Of a stretch of 64,000 nt of DNA, positions 40,140 to 55,089 are shown in pieces. The notes under the pieces are model-generated. The model saw nothing but the letters and a program-made list of their open reading frames with translations, had not been told where the DNA came from and searched no databases. Both the position numbers and the translations under genes were made by a program. The stretch's first letter is position 1, and each line of letters begins with the position of its first letter. The DNA is from Octopus vulgaris (Eukaryota), in assembly GCA_951406725.2 (NCBI GenBank), contig OX597814.1, positions 68,634,001 to 68,698,000 of the forward strand, read 5' to 3'.

Positions 40140-40435
40140 TATTCTTTTACTTGTTTCAGTCATTTGACTGCAGCCATGTTGGAGCACAGCCTTTAGTCGA
40201 GCTAACCAATCCCAGGACAGTACTTATCCTATCGGCCTCTTTTTGCCGAACAAATAAGTTGCAGGGACGTCAACACACCAACATTAGTTGTCAAGCGACG
40301 ATGGGTGGGGAACAAACACAGGCACAAATAACAAATGCATACATACATACAGACATACGTATATTTTTTCTTTTACTCTTCTACTCTTTTACTTGTTTCA
40401 GTCATTTGACTGCGACCATGCTGGGGCACCGCCTT
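40140..40435 (-). mobile_element. SINE family A 3' segments (two tandem tails)
   Basis: cttttacttgtttcagtcatttgactgc..ccatg..gcac occurs twice. Confidence 0.75.
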
Positions 40436-40569
40436 TATATATGCATATATATATATATATATATATGTATGTATATTACTTACATGCTGTATGTGTGTAT
40501 TGTATGTGTGTATATATATGCTAGGTGTATTTGTGTGATATTTATATTATGTATGTATGTGTGCGTGTG

Positions 40570-40602
<33 letters not shown>

Positions 40603-41235
40603 GTGTGTGTATGTGTGTTATATATCTGTGTATGTTATATATAGATACATGTTATATTTGTGTGCTGTGTGTATATGTGATATATGTGGGGGCGTTGTGT
40701 GTGGGGGTGTGTGTGTTCTGTGTGTGTGTGTGTTGTTTGTATGTGGTGTGTGTTTGTATACTATGTGTGTGTGTATGTGTGTTGTTGTGTGTGTGTGTGT
40801 TTGTGTGTATATATATGTGTGTGACAAACAGACGCTGTCTGACCAGCAGGCACGGACACATCTATTCACACCCGCATACTAACCTCCTGATAACCCCAAA
40901 ATCATTCATGCATAAAGGGGAAGTATACACCACATTGGCTACTTCTTCTGTTCTCTCAGTTCAGCCTTTCTGCTAATACTGACAGGTCAGTAAAAACATA
41001 CTTAAAATATTCTGAGATGTACAAAAAATCCATTTTAATTTTTGCTGTCAAAACGCTGTATATATATACCAAAGATTGTATATATATACATGTAATGTGA
41101 CAATTTGCGACAACCAATAATTAACGCAACCAATTCCCAATAATATATTTGTTTTATCCTTTTCTGCCAAATTTTCCCAAATATTCTCATCACACTATTG
41201 AACTTCTCTGTTACCAAACACTATATTTATACATG

Positions 41236-41465
41236 TAATGTGACAATTATGTATAAAAAAACATTTTTGAATTCATAATATCCAATGTGACAATTATGTA
41301 AAAAACTTTTTTGAATGCATAATATTCAATGTGACAATTATGTAAAAAACTTTTTTTGAACCCATAATATCCAATGTGACAATTATGTAAAAAACTTTTT
41401 TGAATGCATAATATTCAATGTGACAATTATGTAAAAAACTTTTTTGAACCCATATTATTCAATGT
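41236..41465 (+). repeat. Minisatellite, ~44-bp unit, ~5 copies
   Basis: aatgtgacaattatgtaaaaaacttttttgaa(tg/cc)cataatat(t/c)c repeated. Confidence 0.93.
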
Positions 41466-41599
41466 TTCCTTAAATGTAACTTTTGACAATCTTTTACCAA
41501 AGAGTGAAACCGGTTAAGTAAATAAACATCGTTTAAATTGCATTTTCAAACCTTTTTTCTTATATAATCCCACTCGTGCGATACCCCACAACTCAACTT

Positions 41600-41653
<54 letters not shown>

Positions 41654-41866
41654 ATGTATATATATATGTATGTATATATATATATGTATGTATGTTTTTA
41701 TGTGTGTGTATGTGTGTGTGTATAATTCAAAGAGAGTTAGAGGTTTTGGATCCAACCAACTAAGAGATAGTATCTATCCAATATACTACTGGTAGAATAC
41801 CTAATTAATACACAAGTGATGGTTATTGAGTGGCAATTACCCTACTGAGTAAGGGTTAATTTATGC

Positions 41867-41912
<46 letters not shown>

Positions 41913-42223
41913 TTATATATATGAACATACACACCCATACATATATATATATGCATACACAGATGCATGTATATATGCATGTACATAATTATAACAGAAT
42001 CAATTATTAGTAGGTGTAGTACAATATTCTTATTAGAGAATGCATATAAAGAGAAAGAGAAATAACAGTATAATCGAAGAAAATAATGGAGTTTGAGAGG
42101 GGTACAGTTTTTTAGAGCTGAAAATGCACATAAAAGGAGAAATACATACATATACATACATGCTAATACAGATATATACATACATACATACATACATACA
42201 TACATACATACATACATTCATAC

Positions 42224-42356
<133 letters not shown>

Positions 42357-43422
42357 AATATATGATGTGTTTATAGTTAAGAGCCTGAAATCATGAAGTA
42401 AAACTTTGAATCAATAGTTATGATAGCAATTGGTACTAAATTAGTAAACGCATTACGAAGATACTGTATTATCTTCCGTTATTTATAGTTAACAAGTTGC
42501 TGAATCCCTGTAGGTAATGGGGAGGGGTTGTGCTCACTCGCGTAATCTAATTGCTTACCTAATTTATTTGAAATGCTATGACGCTGCTATGGTTAGTTCG
42601 TGGTTAACAGATAACATAAACAAACTATATAAAAATCATATATGCATGAAAACATAGAAACAAATAACTCATATTTAACTATGGGCAGGTGTGAGAGTAA
42701 AAATTGATATTGAAACTTGATTCGATTAGATTAAATTAAATTAAGAATTATAGGTGTAAAAATTTGATGAGTGTATAGGTTAGTGAGGATGATATAATAG
42801 GGTATAGTGATATTGCTAGGGGATGTGGTTTTTAGATTGTTTACGAGAAATAAGGCATTACAAATGTATGAAACGGATATTATGAATGTGAAAACGTGAA
42901 TCTGTCTACTTAGGGGGATTAAATGTGCATTTACTAAAATATATGAGCAATATAGCTGGAAATTTTATGATGGAAATTATAAGTACAATTTTTTTATCAA
43001 TGGAGAAGTTATTTTTCCAAGTTGTTGTTATTTATCGTTACAATATGGTTATATTATATTTCATCAGACACAATACATTAAGTACAAGGCGCTATGCAAT
43101 AGTGTTGAGTTGTTCAATTAATCATCTAATCATTTATTTAGATCCTCTATTTATTTAGTTATTTAATTTTAATTATTTAATTTTAGTGTTTTATTTGAGT
43201 GGTGGTACCAGCTAACAGTAGGATGTTTATGTTTCGCCATTTTTTTCGTAATAGAAGGGGTATAACTTTTTGATTCGCTATTATAAATTGAATAAGATAC
43301 TTAAAAAGCATCAGATAGTAAACTAATCAGCTAATAAGTTAATGAATGAATCAATTAATTAATTTAATAATTAATCAATTGGTTGTGTATTGGGGTTGTG
43401 TATTAATGCTTTCATACCTATG

Positions 43423-43470
<48 letters not shown>

Positions 43471-44468
43471 TGTATGTATACACACATACATATACACAAG
43501 TATACACATACATACATATATATATATATATGTCTTGAGGATAGTACTAAATAATGTTATAACTCTGCATATTTGTGGGCTTTAATTTAATTATTTTAAT
43601 TTTATTATTAAAGATGAGCTAGTCTATGTGTATTTGTTTAAGGTATATTAATAGAGGGTTTATTAATTTCATTGCTTAAATCATGTTTGTGTATATTATT
43701 ATTATTATCATCATTATGGGTGTATAACATAATGGCGGGGTGATGTTTTTTATATCTGTTACTACCCTTGCTACAACCCTTTCAAATATAACTAGAGAAA
43801 TTAATTAGATTAAATAAATTATAGGTATGCCTATATACATATATATAAATATAAAAGAAAAGGTATGATTCTAAAGTATATCTACTGATCTACAAGTGTT
43901 CTAGAACTAATTCTAATCAGATGTATATTAACATCGTAATTTGTGTGCATAACAATTTATATTATATGTAGAACCAAACTTGTCTTTACATATATATAAA
44001 ACTCCTCGAATATGCATACACACGCATAATTATATGTATATGTTCATATTCATTTACATGACAACATTAATATATCCAAAGATCCCCAAATACTCTAATC
44101 AGATATGTATTTCTTTACCTATATTAACACAACTCCAATATATACATAGTCAACCCAGTTCGAACCCACATCTTGAACTTTATATATCCATATATGTGAA
44201 TATTCATTTTATATTATGTGTGAAGATATCTATAACGAATCTATTGAATCCTATCCATTTTGTTATATATACCCGTACAAGTATGAGCATATATTTATAT
44301 ACACATATGTATGTCCTAACTTATGACTACACCAGCATACTTGGATTACTATATATAAACTAATATACATAGACACATGTACACATATATATACATATTC
44401 ATACACACAAAAATATACGCATATAGATACATACACCCACATACATACACACACGCACACACGCACAT

Positions 44469-44554
<86 letters not shown>

Positions 44555-44779
44555 TATATATATACACGTGCGCACACACATACATATGTGTTTATATACA
44601 CATGCACGTACAGATATGCGTACAAAAATAATGGCAATATATATATAGACTCATATACATGTATATATGCATACAATCATAACTAACTTACTATATACAC
44701 TTTCAATTATACATCTATATATAGAAAGTATATGATATAATAGAGCATCGACAACAACAACACTAATAAATATTAATAA

Positions 44780-45353
44780 ATACTTATTAATAAATACTAT
44801 ATCAATATGGATTTGAATATTAGGTACTAGTGTTATTTGGAGAAGGTATACTTAGTTTTATGAAGAGAGGTACGTTGCGTTCATTAAGACTATTTATAAT
44901 CGGAAGTTTTGCTTTGATTATAAAGAAAATTTCATTAATACATAACAAATATTTTCTATTTCTAGTATTATATGCTGGTGCTGTTGTTAATATTTTCCGA
45001 TGCAAATTATAATTAATTCCCACCTCCTTTAGTTCCCACATATAGTCACTTAATCATGTACTATTTTTCCTATTTCTATTTCTAAAAGTGTATCAGTGTT
45101 GATTCAGCCTCTGTTTCATATTGTTTTTGTTCGCTCCCACATATACTTGCTATCATATTGTGTACATTGATATATTACTTCCTTTCTAATGCAGTTATTA
45201 TTGAATACACAATTACTACTGATTCTACAATTACATGTTTTAAGTAGCTGTGTGGCGTTTATATTTTGGGGGTGATAGTCATTGCATTGTTAGTACTGTG
45301 GCTATTCTTTATACCAATAATGTTATTACTGTTACTATTGTGATTATTAGTAA

Positions 45354-45429
<76 letters not shown>

Positions 45430-45511
45430 TAGTTTTATAGCGTGCTTTCACTTCACTACCGAGCGCAGCTCTGTGTGCCTTAGGTATGTGCTGTGATTTG
45501 TTGTGATGTTC

Positions 45512-45608
<97 letters not shown>

Positions 45609-46280
45609 ATTGTTGTTGTTGTTGTTGTTGTTGTTATTATCATCATTATTACTTGTGTATGTATCATTTTTGTTAGTTTTTCTGCTTAGACAGGTGCCCA
45701 GTTTTCTATTGTTAATTGAGGATATGATGGTAGCTAGGTTATTGTTAGACTATATCCTATTCTTATTGTTTTGTTATTATCTCCCAATATTTGTTTGTGT
45801 TGGCAGACATTTATCTAAGATTACTTTACTAAGTTTAACTATGTCAGATTTATTGGAACATATTAATCTAACCTATGTGTTACTAGAGAAGTTTTCTTTG
45901 TGGTCTTTAATTGTTATGCGGGGTCTAATTGGAGTAAAAGGTTCTGTTTTTTCACCTAAATTAAAATCTAGGATTATATTTCTGGCTTCTAGGTTCATCT
46001 TCTTTAGTGTGCTGTGGGGTACTACCTTATATTTTTTGCTATTTCTCATTGCATGAGTTCGTGGTATACTATATATGTTTTTAGTTTTGTCTGAATGTAT
46101 TAAAATACCATTTTTGGTATCCCAGGAACTTATAAGTTCTTTCAATTTTCATTGGAACGGATTGTGTCTGAAGGGATGGTTTTTAAACTTGATGTTTTTA
46201 ATGGTACTCCATATTTCATGTTCGAAGCTCTCTAGGTGCTTGTTAGCTGGTGGTGTCTTTCTAGATTTGCATATATGTTA
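44780..46280 (-). mobile_element. Decayed, internally deleted Penelope-like element
   Basis: HSDKTKNIY..RPRITIKDHKENF (RT N-terminus) and WELKEVGINYNLH..APAYN..LCINE (GIY-YIG tail); homologous to the 22-24 kb ORF. Confidence 0.8.
45428..45512 (-). mobile_element. Short retroelement 3'-end fragment inserted in (TAA)n (probably R4/Dong)
   Basis: An ~85-bp unique island inside an (ATT)n tract; shares ggtagtgaa with the R4 3' UTR at ~57446. Confidence 0.5.
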
Positions 46281-46412
46281 AGTAAGTTCCAATATTTCAG
46301 TGTTTTCAGTTCTAGAGTTATTGTAATCGTTGCAGGCTCCTAATGTATACTACCTCTGGATTCCCTCCATTTTCTTCTTGCCATACATACATACATACAT
46401 ACATACATACAT

Positions 46413-46460
<48 letters not shown>

Positions 46461-46464
46461 GTAC

Positions 46465-46659
46465 AGGTGCAGGGGTTGCTGTGTGGTAAGTAGCTTGCTT
46501 ACCAACCACATGGTTCAGGGTTCATTCCCACTGCGTGGCACCTTGGGTAAGTATCTTCTACTATAGCCTCGGGCCGATCAAAGCCTTGAGAGTGGATTTG
46601 GCAGACGGAAACCGAAAGAAGCCCCTCGTATATATGTATATATATATATATATGTGTAT

Positions 46660-46695
<36 letters not shown>

Positions 46696-46900
46696 TTGTG
46701 TGTCTGTTGCCCCCAACATCGCTTCACAACCGATGCTGGTGTGTTTACGTCTCCGTAACTTAGCGGTTCGGTAAAAGAAACCGATAGAATAAGTACTAGG
46801 CTTCCAAAGAATAAGTCCTGGCGTCGATTTGCTTGACTAAAGGCGGTGCTCCAGCATGGTCGCAGTCAAATGACTGAAACATGTAAAAGAGAGTAAAAGA
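46465..46900 (+). mobile_element. SINE family A, near full length
   Basis: tRNA-like head gctgtgtggtaag.agcttgct..ggttca.tcccactgcgtggcacc, internal (TA)/(TG) microsatellite, 3' tail ccagcatggtcgcagtcaaatgactgaaac. Confidence 0.88.
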
Positions 46901-46902
46901 TA

Positions 46903-46949
<47 letters not shown>

Positions 46950-46950
<1 letters not shown>

Positions 46951-47115
46951 GACGGGCTTCTTTTTGCTTCCGTCTACCAAATCCACTCACAAGGCTTCGG
47001 TCGACCCGAGGTTAAACGAGAAAACACACTTGACCAAGATGCTATGCAATGGGACTCAACTCGAACCATGTAGTTGGGAAGCAAGCTTCTTACCACACAT
47101 CCACTCCTGTGCCTA
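46950..47115 (-). mobile_element. SINE family A 5' part
   Basis: Reverse complement of 46465-46630. Confidence 0.78.
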
Positions 47116-47145
47116 TATAATAATAATAATGATAATGATGATGAT

Positions 47146-47201
<56 letters not shown>

Positions 47202-48887
47202 TAATATTAATAATAATAATAAGTAACAACAAAAGAATGAGACCTCAATATTAGATAAAAAGATTATTTATATATGTTATGATTTAGAAGAAACAGTAAA
47301 AGGCTGCCGATATAGGACTCGGAGTTTCGAATGTCAGAGCGACATCACCACCATGTCTAAGAAAGGGTATTTGTCGTTATTGTACTCCATAGCAAACTGG
47401 ATGTGAGAAGTTACACTGTTTATGAGATTTCAAACTTCGTTCAGCTGATCAAGATTTCCCCTCACTAAGATAATTGTCCAGAAACATTTTCTATTTGTCA
47501 GTTATATTTTAAATAAGCACTGAAATTATTTCAAAATATCTATGTGGATAATACAGAAATATTAAATTCATGACATTTCAAACTAAATTCGCGTATGTTA
47601 CTGTAGCTTTACTCACCATAAGTGAGACTGACTTTTGTCGGTATTTTGTTTCACTGATTATTAAGTAGTTATTTTCTAAATTAAATTGAAGACTATCTAA
47701 AAGAAATTTCTTATCGATACGGTCTAGTAATCTATAAATAATTGAGTCTAACTAGTAACTGCATAGCATATATCTAGATAACTTCAAGAAATACACTTCT
47801 GATTGAAAAAGTACTCTTAAAGAAAGACAATGATGCTAAAAGCTGCAGTGAAATTTTTCAACAAACACGATCCACAAGCTTCAAGTAAATTCAAAATAGA
47901 GTAAAATTAGTCGCGAGATGTAACAATATGTGAGTCATGATATTCACAAACTCTATTTCATGGGAGATTCTTGTTTCACTTCTATCTAAAGATCAGTGAG
48001 ATCTCTCCTTTCTTCAAGTTCAATTTGTTGACCTTCATACGAATTTTTAGCCTGTGTATCATACACAAAATGTTGTGTTTTACAATATGAATTTGTTACA
48101 AGGAAAAAGTTATTTCTTTTTTGGTGACTTATAAAGCGTTTCTAAGTGATTTCTGATCTCAGTCGAAGTGATTCGTTTGATTTATTTAACCTATGCATTG
48201 AAACGGAGATAATTACAACGGGAAAAATATCACTAGGCATTTAGAAACACAAAACTTATATTCCTTTCCTTTATTTTCTTAATGGCGTTCCTTCCCTCAT
48301 AATTTAGAACATGTTGCTGCTGTTACTGAAGTTGTAGTTGCTGTTGTACATGAAGCTACTGTCATTTTTGTTGTTGTTGCTGTTGCTAAAATGCTGCTTG
48401 TCTTGTTTAAAACGTTGTCTATACAGTGTCGTTATCATTATTGTTATTGTTGCTTTTGTTATAGTGTAAATATTCTCTCATGAAGTTGGTAGTGGTATGA
48501 GAAAGTTATCCGGCTACTTTGTCGTTGATTCAAGACTATTGTAAAGACGCACTTCGCTAAGTTACGTGGATGCTGAAAATAGGCAATATTCCTTTAGAGC
48601 ATATATCAATTTCTAACAACCAATTTCTATTTATCACCACCATGTCTAAGAAAGGGTATTTGTCGTTATTGTATTCCATAGCAAACAGACAAATACAAAT
48701 AAATAATACAGAAATTGTTTTCTTGGCAGTTTCTTTCTTCACCTAGAGAAGTAGAGATCCTTACTAAAGGTTTTAACAAAAATGTACAACAGTAAACAAG
48801 ATATTTTCAACGAAATGTAATAAACCTTAAGTACTCGATAGGAGTACGTACGACAGATGATGATGATGATGATGATGATGATAGATG

Positions 48888-48997
<110 letters not shown>

Positions 48998-49359
48998 GAA
49001 AATATTAATTTGTTTACGGGATTTTTGAAGCACTGTTCCTGATATATTTTGTGGTTTGATACTGGCAGTTTTTTTCTGTAACCCACTTTCGAAATTTGTG
49101 TATCTTTATTAGTATTTGGAATTTAGCTTCTTTGCACTGTCTATATTTTTTTTATTCACTTATTTTCGCTCTTAGATGTTCACTGGTAAACAAGTCAGTA
49201 AAATCAAGGCTTCAAAGCAACATATTTGAAAATTTTCATAATCTCTAGTAAATCCGGGAGTGCAGAAAAATTCATTTATCAAAATATATTGCTTGTGAAA
49301 TCCCGACAGGATTAGAGGCCTCGAAGCTTAGGTTTCATTACTAATATACTAGATCCACC

Positions 49360-49436
<77 letters not shown>

Positions 49437-49488
49437 ATACATATATATATATATATATATACATGTATATATATACGTATATATATAC

Positions 49489-49531
<43 letters not shown>

Positions 49532-49614
49532 TATATACATACATACATATATATGTATTTATACATATATATATATATATATATACATACATACATATAT
49601 ATATATATATACTA

Positions 49615-49730
49615 TATTACATTATATCACATTATATTATATTATATTACATTATATTATATTATATTATATTATATTATATTATATTATATTATATTAT
49701 ATTATATTATATTATGTTATATTATATTAT
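49615..49730. repeat. (TATTA)n pentanucleotide repeat
   Basis: Directly visible. Confidence 0.95.
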
Positions 49731-51296
49731 ATTTATTTTTATTCCAAATAGAATGTGTTTTAACTGCTAAAATCAAAGTTCACTATTATTTTTTAAAGCT
49801 GAAATACATGAGATTAGTTTCTTGATTATTTCATTGATTTCTGCGATTTTGTGTCAAGTTTTACTATATCGTTTAAAATCTTTAATATCTTTTATTATTA
49901 TTATTCTTATTATTATTATTGTTGATGTTGTTGTTGTTATTATTAATTTTACTTTTTTTATTTATTACTATATTATTTATTAATATTTGTTTTGACTCAA
50001 TGTTTTTAGTAAATCTTATCGTGAACCACTGACGGAATATATAAATGTCTATATTCCGTGAGGCAGTCACGCCGACCAGGAAGAAGGAAAATGCATTTCA
50101 CCCGAGGACACCTTACTGCAATTAAGCACAGTGCACTGATATTAGTGCACTATATTACACAACAGAGTCTAGTAAACAAACTGGAAGCATATTCGTTGAC
50201 ATTGATATTTATGAAAATGTAGAAAACTAGGAGAAGAATAACATAAATAGTAATGATTTGTCCCATTTCTAAAAGGGCTCTAGTTGATTTCTTGGATACG
50301 AATTTAATATTTGTTTGGCAAACTGTAAAAGTATCTTCCAAGTTTTGCAGCCACAACTCTAAAAGACAATTATTTTTAGACTCGTTTACTTGAATTTAAA
50401 ATATCTTATCGATACCTTATTGAAAGGTAAAGTTTACCACAGAGGCTTTTAAATTTGGAATGTAAAGACATTTTTACAATACTCTAACGATTCTTGTAAT
50501 ATTGATAAAAAATGTTTCTAAACAAATTACATGTTAATAAAATATAATGTTAATAATAATGGCAAAACTGCAAACATTAACATTTATGAAAAGCCGATTT
50601 ATCGATCTTGATGTCTAACATACTTATTTGGTACAAAGTCGCAAATTTTAGGCAAGAGTATAGTGGATTGTACTTTGTTATCACCTCTAAGAAGTTCAAA
50701 TGCGAATTCAATATTGATAGATTTAAAGTGTATTTAACAATACATTACTAAACATCCTAAGGTATCAATTATTTTCCTTCTCCCTTCATTTGAAGCACAA
50801 AGAAGGGATATAGTCAATCTAATCAATCCTAGCCAATTGTGGGCTAGTAATTATTTCGCTGTGGTGAATAATAGAAAATGTTGAACCCGGTAGAATTATA
50901 ACTCAGAAGGTATATTGCAAAGCGTTTTCTGGTGCTCTACTGAATGTGCTTTCTCTTGTTTTAAATCCTAAGTTTTTCATAAGAGAAAGTGGAACAGCAC
51001 TTATGAACTTTTCAGGCATTCCTGGTTTGGTGATTGATGTTCATTATATTCTTGCTAGTATCTCTGATGAAAATATGACCGCGAAAGATGTTCCTGACGG
51101 TTGAACTTCTTGAGAGAAACAGAATGTTGAATATTTTAGAATTTGGGCTGAAGATTTTAGAAGTTCGCTTGAGAACTGAGTGTTTCCGAATTCAATTCCA
51201 CTGAATAGGAATTCTAGCATGTATTATCTCCATTTGTCTCAAGGTGATCAATATTTTGTGACTGAAATTTGCTATGCGGTATTGTGTCGAAGCCGC

Positions 51297-51338
<42 letters not shown>

Positions 51339-51949
51339 ACGTGTATATGTATGTGCACGTATATCTATGTGTCCTCTTTTCTTATTTATTAGAATCCTTC
51401 CTAGAACGAGGGAGCTGATTTCTAGCAGTGAAAAAAAGTCTCCAACCCTGGAATTTGTAATTGTTACACATTTCATTTTAGAGAAATTTTGCATATTTTT
51501 TCTGTTCGTCATACAGATTACATTTGTAAAATTTGTGTCAGCTGGTCCCTTTCTTTGCCTCAAAATCCAAGTTCTTCTAGACTGTCGTTTACACATTTAC
51601 TAGCATAAACAAGGTCCGCAATGATAGCTAGTAAAAAATATGAATATGTAATCAGAGGAAAGGAGCTGCAGGTTTCGAAGCAATTTTCAATATATATACT
51701 TTCCTCGCTGATTTTGGAAGAAATGTCCACATCTGCAGGGTAGCACCTGCAGGGTAGCTAACCTATGTGACTGTAAATGACATTTATTTTCTATCCAAAA
51801 TAAATATATCAGGCCTATGTTTCTACTTAGTAAAAGTCTTGATGGGAGTACTCCAACAACACCCCTTGTGTTAATATGTATATTTTTAGTAGCAGACATG
51901 TTTGTATGTATCCAAGAGCAGTATTTTCCGCAGATGGAACTATATATAT

Positions 51950-52152
51950 TCTTTTCTACTCTTAGCACAAGGCCCGAAATTTTAGTGGAGGGGACCAATC
52001 GATTAGATCAACCTCAGTACACAACTAATACTTAATTTATCGACCCCGAAAGGATGAAGGACAAAGTCTACCTCAACGGAATTTGAACTCAAAACGAAAT
52101 ACCGCTACGAATTTCGCCCGGCGTGCTAACGTTTCAGCCAGCTCACTACCAC
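51950..52152 (-). mobile_element. SINE family B
   Basis: Matches 32783-32977. Confidence 0.85.
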
Positions 52153-53511
52153 GGCACTATATTGTCTTATCAACAACATCATGCCGCACAAGGGGGTAGT
52201 AACTTGATGGCCTTTTTTTGGACAACTTCTGATTACGTCCTCCACAGAAGTGTCACATAATAGTGAGAAGCAGTTGTTCTTTGGGGCTTCTATGGTTTCA
52301 CTGCCGCGTTCATTAGATATTTTGCAAGTATTACTCTTAAACTACAAAAGCGTAGCGTTCGATCTGTGACGTGATGTATCAGTGATGAATTCATGTAAGG
52401 CAACATATAATTATCATTCTTGTCAAGATCACGGGAAAATACACATGCTTGACCTTTTGTGATATTTTCATTGTTTCTCTTCAAAGTTTTTGCAAGATAT
52501 GTTAGCCTTGCACTTCATCATAAGAGGTCATCTGGAAATGAATGTTTCTTGAAGGAGTTCACTACCAACCCACAAGATGCTATTGACTTTATTTTTCAGG
52601 ACTTATTTTATGTATTTATATTTGTTGCCATTGTTTGGTATGTGCTGTCTGAGTAATATAATATGGATGTAGAAGGCTCTCTGTATTGATCTCAATGCAC
52701 TCCTTTCATCTTTCTTCTGAGATAGTATCTATCATTATCACAGTTTAGAGTGAGGTTTCCTGTTGATGTCCGAATGCTGTGAATTTTAATGTTAATAGCA
52801 CCAATTGCCACTAAATGTATGTAGTTGTGTGTATACATGTAGGCATGTGTGTGTCTGTATATGTATGCATTTTCGCTTGTATATAATAGCGAAGAATAAT
52901 TGGCAAGAAACCGAAAATGGCTCCATTCTCTTCTCTCTCACCGCCAAAAATGCAATGAGCTGATATAAGTATTGTCCACAAATTTGGATTTAAACTAAAC
53001 TAAAAACAAAGTTCTTAGTGTAACAGTCTGACAGCTGTGGCACTGTAAAGGTGGCAGAAGGCGAGGTGGTTGGGTACAACATCTCTAACCTTAGGAATAA
53101 CGTTCTTAGAGAAAAATTGATTTAATACTTTAATGGATGATATGTCATTCACCGAGAAGCAAACAGTGTGGCATTGATAAATTGGAGTAAGTGATACGAG
53201 ATTTATTTTGAGTAGCTCATCTAATTAAAGCATGACGGACAATTTTCTGTTTTAGACTTTTCTTTTTAACCATTTTCTGCCTTGGAAGGGAGGACAAACA
53301 CTCTCTGACTTGCCGAGTTCTTCTGGTCATTATCTGTACACATCCCAACACTCACCACCCAAATGATATATTTGGATATATATAGCATAAAACAATGATG
53401 TACATATTTTTAAAGCACTTGGATAGAGTAAATGAATTTTTCGCAATTTATTTTACTTGGAAGGACTCTAAAATGTTTTTTTTTTTACTTTTATCTTTCT
53501 TTTCTGCAGTT

Positions 53512-54303
53512 ATGGAAATTATGGCTGCCACTGAACTATCAACGAAACTACCAAAGACCGACCAGGAATATCTGCTGACCTTGGAAACAGATGTTAATGG
53601 TACATTCAATACTACTTATGATAATGGTATTCTGTATGAAGTACCAACTGGACTCGTTGTAATTTTGGCCATGCTCTATGGCGCGATTTCCATTCTCGCG
53701 GTACTTGGCAACGGACTGGTAATTTTAGTAATCGTCAAGAATAAAAGAATGCAGACAGTTACTAATCTTTTCATATCAAACTTGGCTGTTGCTGATGTAA
53801 TAACTGGCATGTTTGCAATACCCTTCCAGTTCCAGGCAGCATTATTACAACAATGGATCTTTGCCCATTTCCTTTGTTCACTTGCTCCTTTTGTTCTAAC
53901 AATGTCAGTGTCCGTTTCAGTCTTAACTCTAACAGTCATTGCAGTTGATCGATATTTTGCTGTTCTTCATCCACTCAAGCAGCGATTTACAAAACGCACT
54001 GCTGTTATTTTGGTCACCGCTATATGGATAATATGTTCGACTTCTAGTTTGCCTGAAGCATTGTTTCGTAAAGTAATTCCCATTTACCCCAAACCCCTTG
54101 TTTTCTGTACCACTGACTGGCCAACTCATCCACCAAACTTTGCTAAAGCTTATCACTTATATCTCTTATTTGCACAGTATTTGCTTCCGTTGGTAATCAT
54201 CAGTTTTGCCTATCTACGTATTGGTTGCCATATTTGGATGTTAGAAAATCCTGGCATTGCCGTTAACAACCAGAATGACATACGCTCAAGAAATAAACGA
54301 AAA
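53512..54303 (+). CDS. Coding exon (N-terminus to ICL3, TM1-TM5) of a rhodopsin-family neuropeptide GPCR, leucokinin/lymnokinin receptor-like
   Basis: GN in TM1, VTNLFISNLAVAD, PFQFQAALLQ (typical of kinin receptors), DRY, N-glycosylation sites NGT/NTT. Polypyrimidine tract plus CTGCAG acceptor ending at 53509; donor AAA|GTGAGT at 54304. TM6-7 not found in the window. Confidence 0.9.
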
Positions 54304-54323
54304 GTGAGTAGTTTTCAGCAGCA

Positions 54324-54507
<184 letters not shown>

Positions 54508-55089
54508 TGTGTTTAGAAAGAGAACGTTTGTTCATGGCTTGTAAGTTTTCTTAAAAATATGTAGTTTTGTTATTTGGTATTCGAATTTTGGTTGGAGTGT
54601 TTACTAAATAAACCAGCTCGCTTTGCTTAAGGCGAGCTGGTCTGACAAACGATTCGCCCTTTAAGGATGAATTTGAGATGTAAAACTTGTAATTTAATAT
54701 TTTAATGCAAAGAAAAAATAACAAATCGAGGAAAGTGATGTCTGTTGGAACAGCCATGATGTCATAATTTTCCTACCACTAGTTGATATAGTCGAGAGAC
54801 AAATCACAGACAACAACAACAGCAACAGAAGAAACAACAGCAGTGAGGAGCAGGATAAAATTTAAAATGACACAAGCACCAGACCAGGGATGACTTTGGG
54901 TTCTTGTCGGAGTGTATCAATAATTCCATTCTCATGCTTGGCCAATTTTTCTTTCCCATTTTGTACTCTTGGAGAGTTACTGTTGTGTACTCTAAACTGT
55001 GCATTACGGTTGCAACCAGCAAAGAAGTGTCTACTTCTGGTGGTATTCCTGATTCCTATATTTTAACCACGCTCCAACTGAGGCACTTG

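Noticed and set aside
41236-41465. CRISPR-like array
   Set aside because: Head-to-tail tandem units without unique spacers, no cas genes, eukaryotic context.
43200-43320. Minus-strand ctgatg...ggcGAAAcat motif
   Set aside because: Core incomplete and stems do not pair.
47346-47397. ~50-bp duplicate of 48636-48685
   Set aside because: Both are scraps of a PLE RT (YPFLDMVV motif); ordinary repeat debris.
53395-53511. N-terminal 39 codons of the GPCR ORF
   Set aside because: They overlap a polypyrimidine tract and CAG acceptor, so they are most likely intronic.
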